DNA from: Neocallimastix sp. 'constans'
Taxonomy: Eukaryota
Direction of reading: 5' to 3'
NCBI GenBank assembly: GCA_050613775.1
Contig: JBODTK010000123.1
Span: 1-64,000 of the forward strand
Length of the DNA stretch: 64,000 bases
Below, one piece after another: positions 62,557 to 64,000 of the stretch (within the stretch, counting starts at the first letter, position 1; each line of letters starts with the position of its first letter). The translations under genes were made by a program, and so were the position numbers. The notes beneath the pieces are model-generated. The model did not search any database. It was not told the DNA's origin and worked only from the letters and a program-made list of their open reading frames with translations.

Positions 62557-63173
62557 TTTATTTTATTTTTATTTTATTTTTTTTATATTCATTCTTTTTT
62601 TTTTATTCATTTACAATTTTTAAGTATGGTTGACTTGTTATGCCATTGAAACATAACCTTTTTTTAAGATATAAATAAATGAATAATATATATATATATT
62701 AAAATATGATATTTCCTAAAAATAGGTGTAAATCGTAAATTCATTTTAAAACTAAAAGTATTGTATTTTTTTTTTATTTAAAAAAAAATATTTTTGATTT
62801 TAAAACTAAATGTAATTTTTTTTTTATTTAAAAAAATATTTTTGATTTTAAAACTAAATGTAATTTTTTTTTTATTTTATTTTATCTTATTTTATAAAAA
62901 ATAGTTCATAATTATTTTATTCTTAAATTTCACTATAAAAATTATTATAAATTATTTATATCAAATATATATATATATTTTTTTTTAAATATATATATGT
63001 ATATTTTTCCTCTTTCTCTTTCTCTTTCTATTTTTTTTATTTTTTTTCTATTTTTTTATTTTTTTTCTATTTTTTTATTTTATTTTTTCTATTTTATTTT
63101 TTCTATTTTTTTTTTCTTTAATATTCTATAATCTTTATTATTTTGTTTTATTTTGTTTTGTTTTGTTTTGTTT

Positions 63174-63518
63174 TTAATTTTCTAACATTTCAGATATAAT
63201 GGATAAAGCAATAGAAAATCCTTCTAATGGTGTTAATGGGTGCATGACATCAAATTGATAATCTGTTGAATTCATTTGTTCAAAAGTAAATAAAATAGGT
63301 CTCGGTTGATTAGTGTCATTAATGGAGAGATCAGGATTATACTTTCTTTGGTGATAATTACTAAAGAAAAATTCTTATATATATATAAATATAAGTATAA
63401 ATATAAGTATAAACATAAATTTTTTTTTTTTTAATTTTACACATTTAATGAAATTTATAATAATAATAGTAATAATAACAATAATAATCGATATAAAAAA
63501 AAGAAATATAAAATATAA

Positions 63519-63550
<32 letters not shown>

Positions 63551-63759
63551 ATTTATTTATTTTTATATTTATTTTATATATATATTTATTTTTTATATTA
63601 ATTATTTTACCTCCAGAGGTTTCAGTAAAGTTGACACATCTATATTTATTTGATGCCTTATTAGGATCAAATTTTTTTGAACCAAATTTACCAGTATTTA
63701 TTCTTGGGCCTTTAAACATTATACATAATATATAGAAATAATGTATTATTAATGATATC
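63174..63759 (-). CDS. Tubby-like protein, last exons (63759-63611 and 63373-63174); gene starts beyond the window
   Basis: FKGPR motif and C-terminal ILFTFEQMNSTDYQFDVMHPLTPLEGFSIALS, compared with Tub ILQFGR..FTMDY.YPL..LQAFAIALS. Phase-1 splice is consistent. Confidence 0.7.
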
Positions 63760-63812
63760 CTTAGTTTATATATTCATTTATATATTTACTAATATATCTT
63801 ATTATAAGGGTC

Positions 63813-63849
<37 letters not shown>

Positions 63850-63863
63850 TATTATTATTACTA

Positions 63864-63911
<48 letters not shown>

Positions 63912-63934
63912 TATTATTATTATTATTATTACTA

Positions 63935-64000
<66 letters not shown>

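Overview
Extremely AT-rich, intron-containing eukaryotic DNA. The base composition, GT-AG introns and gene set fit an anaerobic gut fungus (Neocallimastigomycota); this is inferred, not proven. Host genes: the 3' part of a dCMP deaminase (DCD1), a four-exon CEF1/CDC5L, a 1.7-kaa adenylation-carrier-ketosynthase-(inactive AT) hybrid synthase, a multi-exon coiled-coil gene and the 3' end of a Tubby-like gene. About 2-33 kb is a nested transposon graveyard: LINE, Ty1/copia and Ty3/gypsy remnants plus solo LTRs with 5-bp TSDs. It also holds an endogenised circular ssDNA (CRESS) virus: a decayed HUH/SF3-helicase Rep, a convergent capsid-like remnant and possibly a permuted capsid N-terminus. Best leads: (1) the stand-alone A-T-KS-AT0 enzyme, which ends at the post-AT linker with no second carrier or release domain; (2) the Rep+Cap endogenous viral element; (3) two GC-rich, strongly base-paired non-coding islands at 19.6-19.9 kb and 42.1-42.3 kb. 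All motifs were read by eye. No database searches were run, and the boundaries of decayed elements are approximate.
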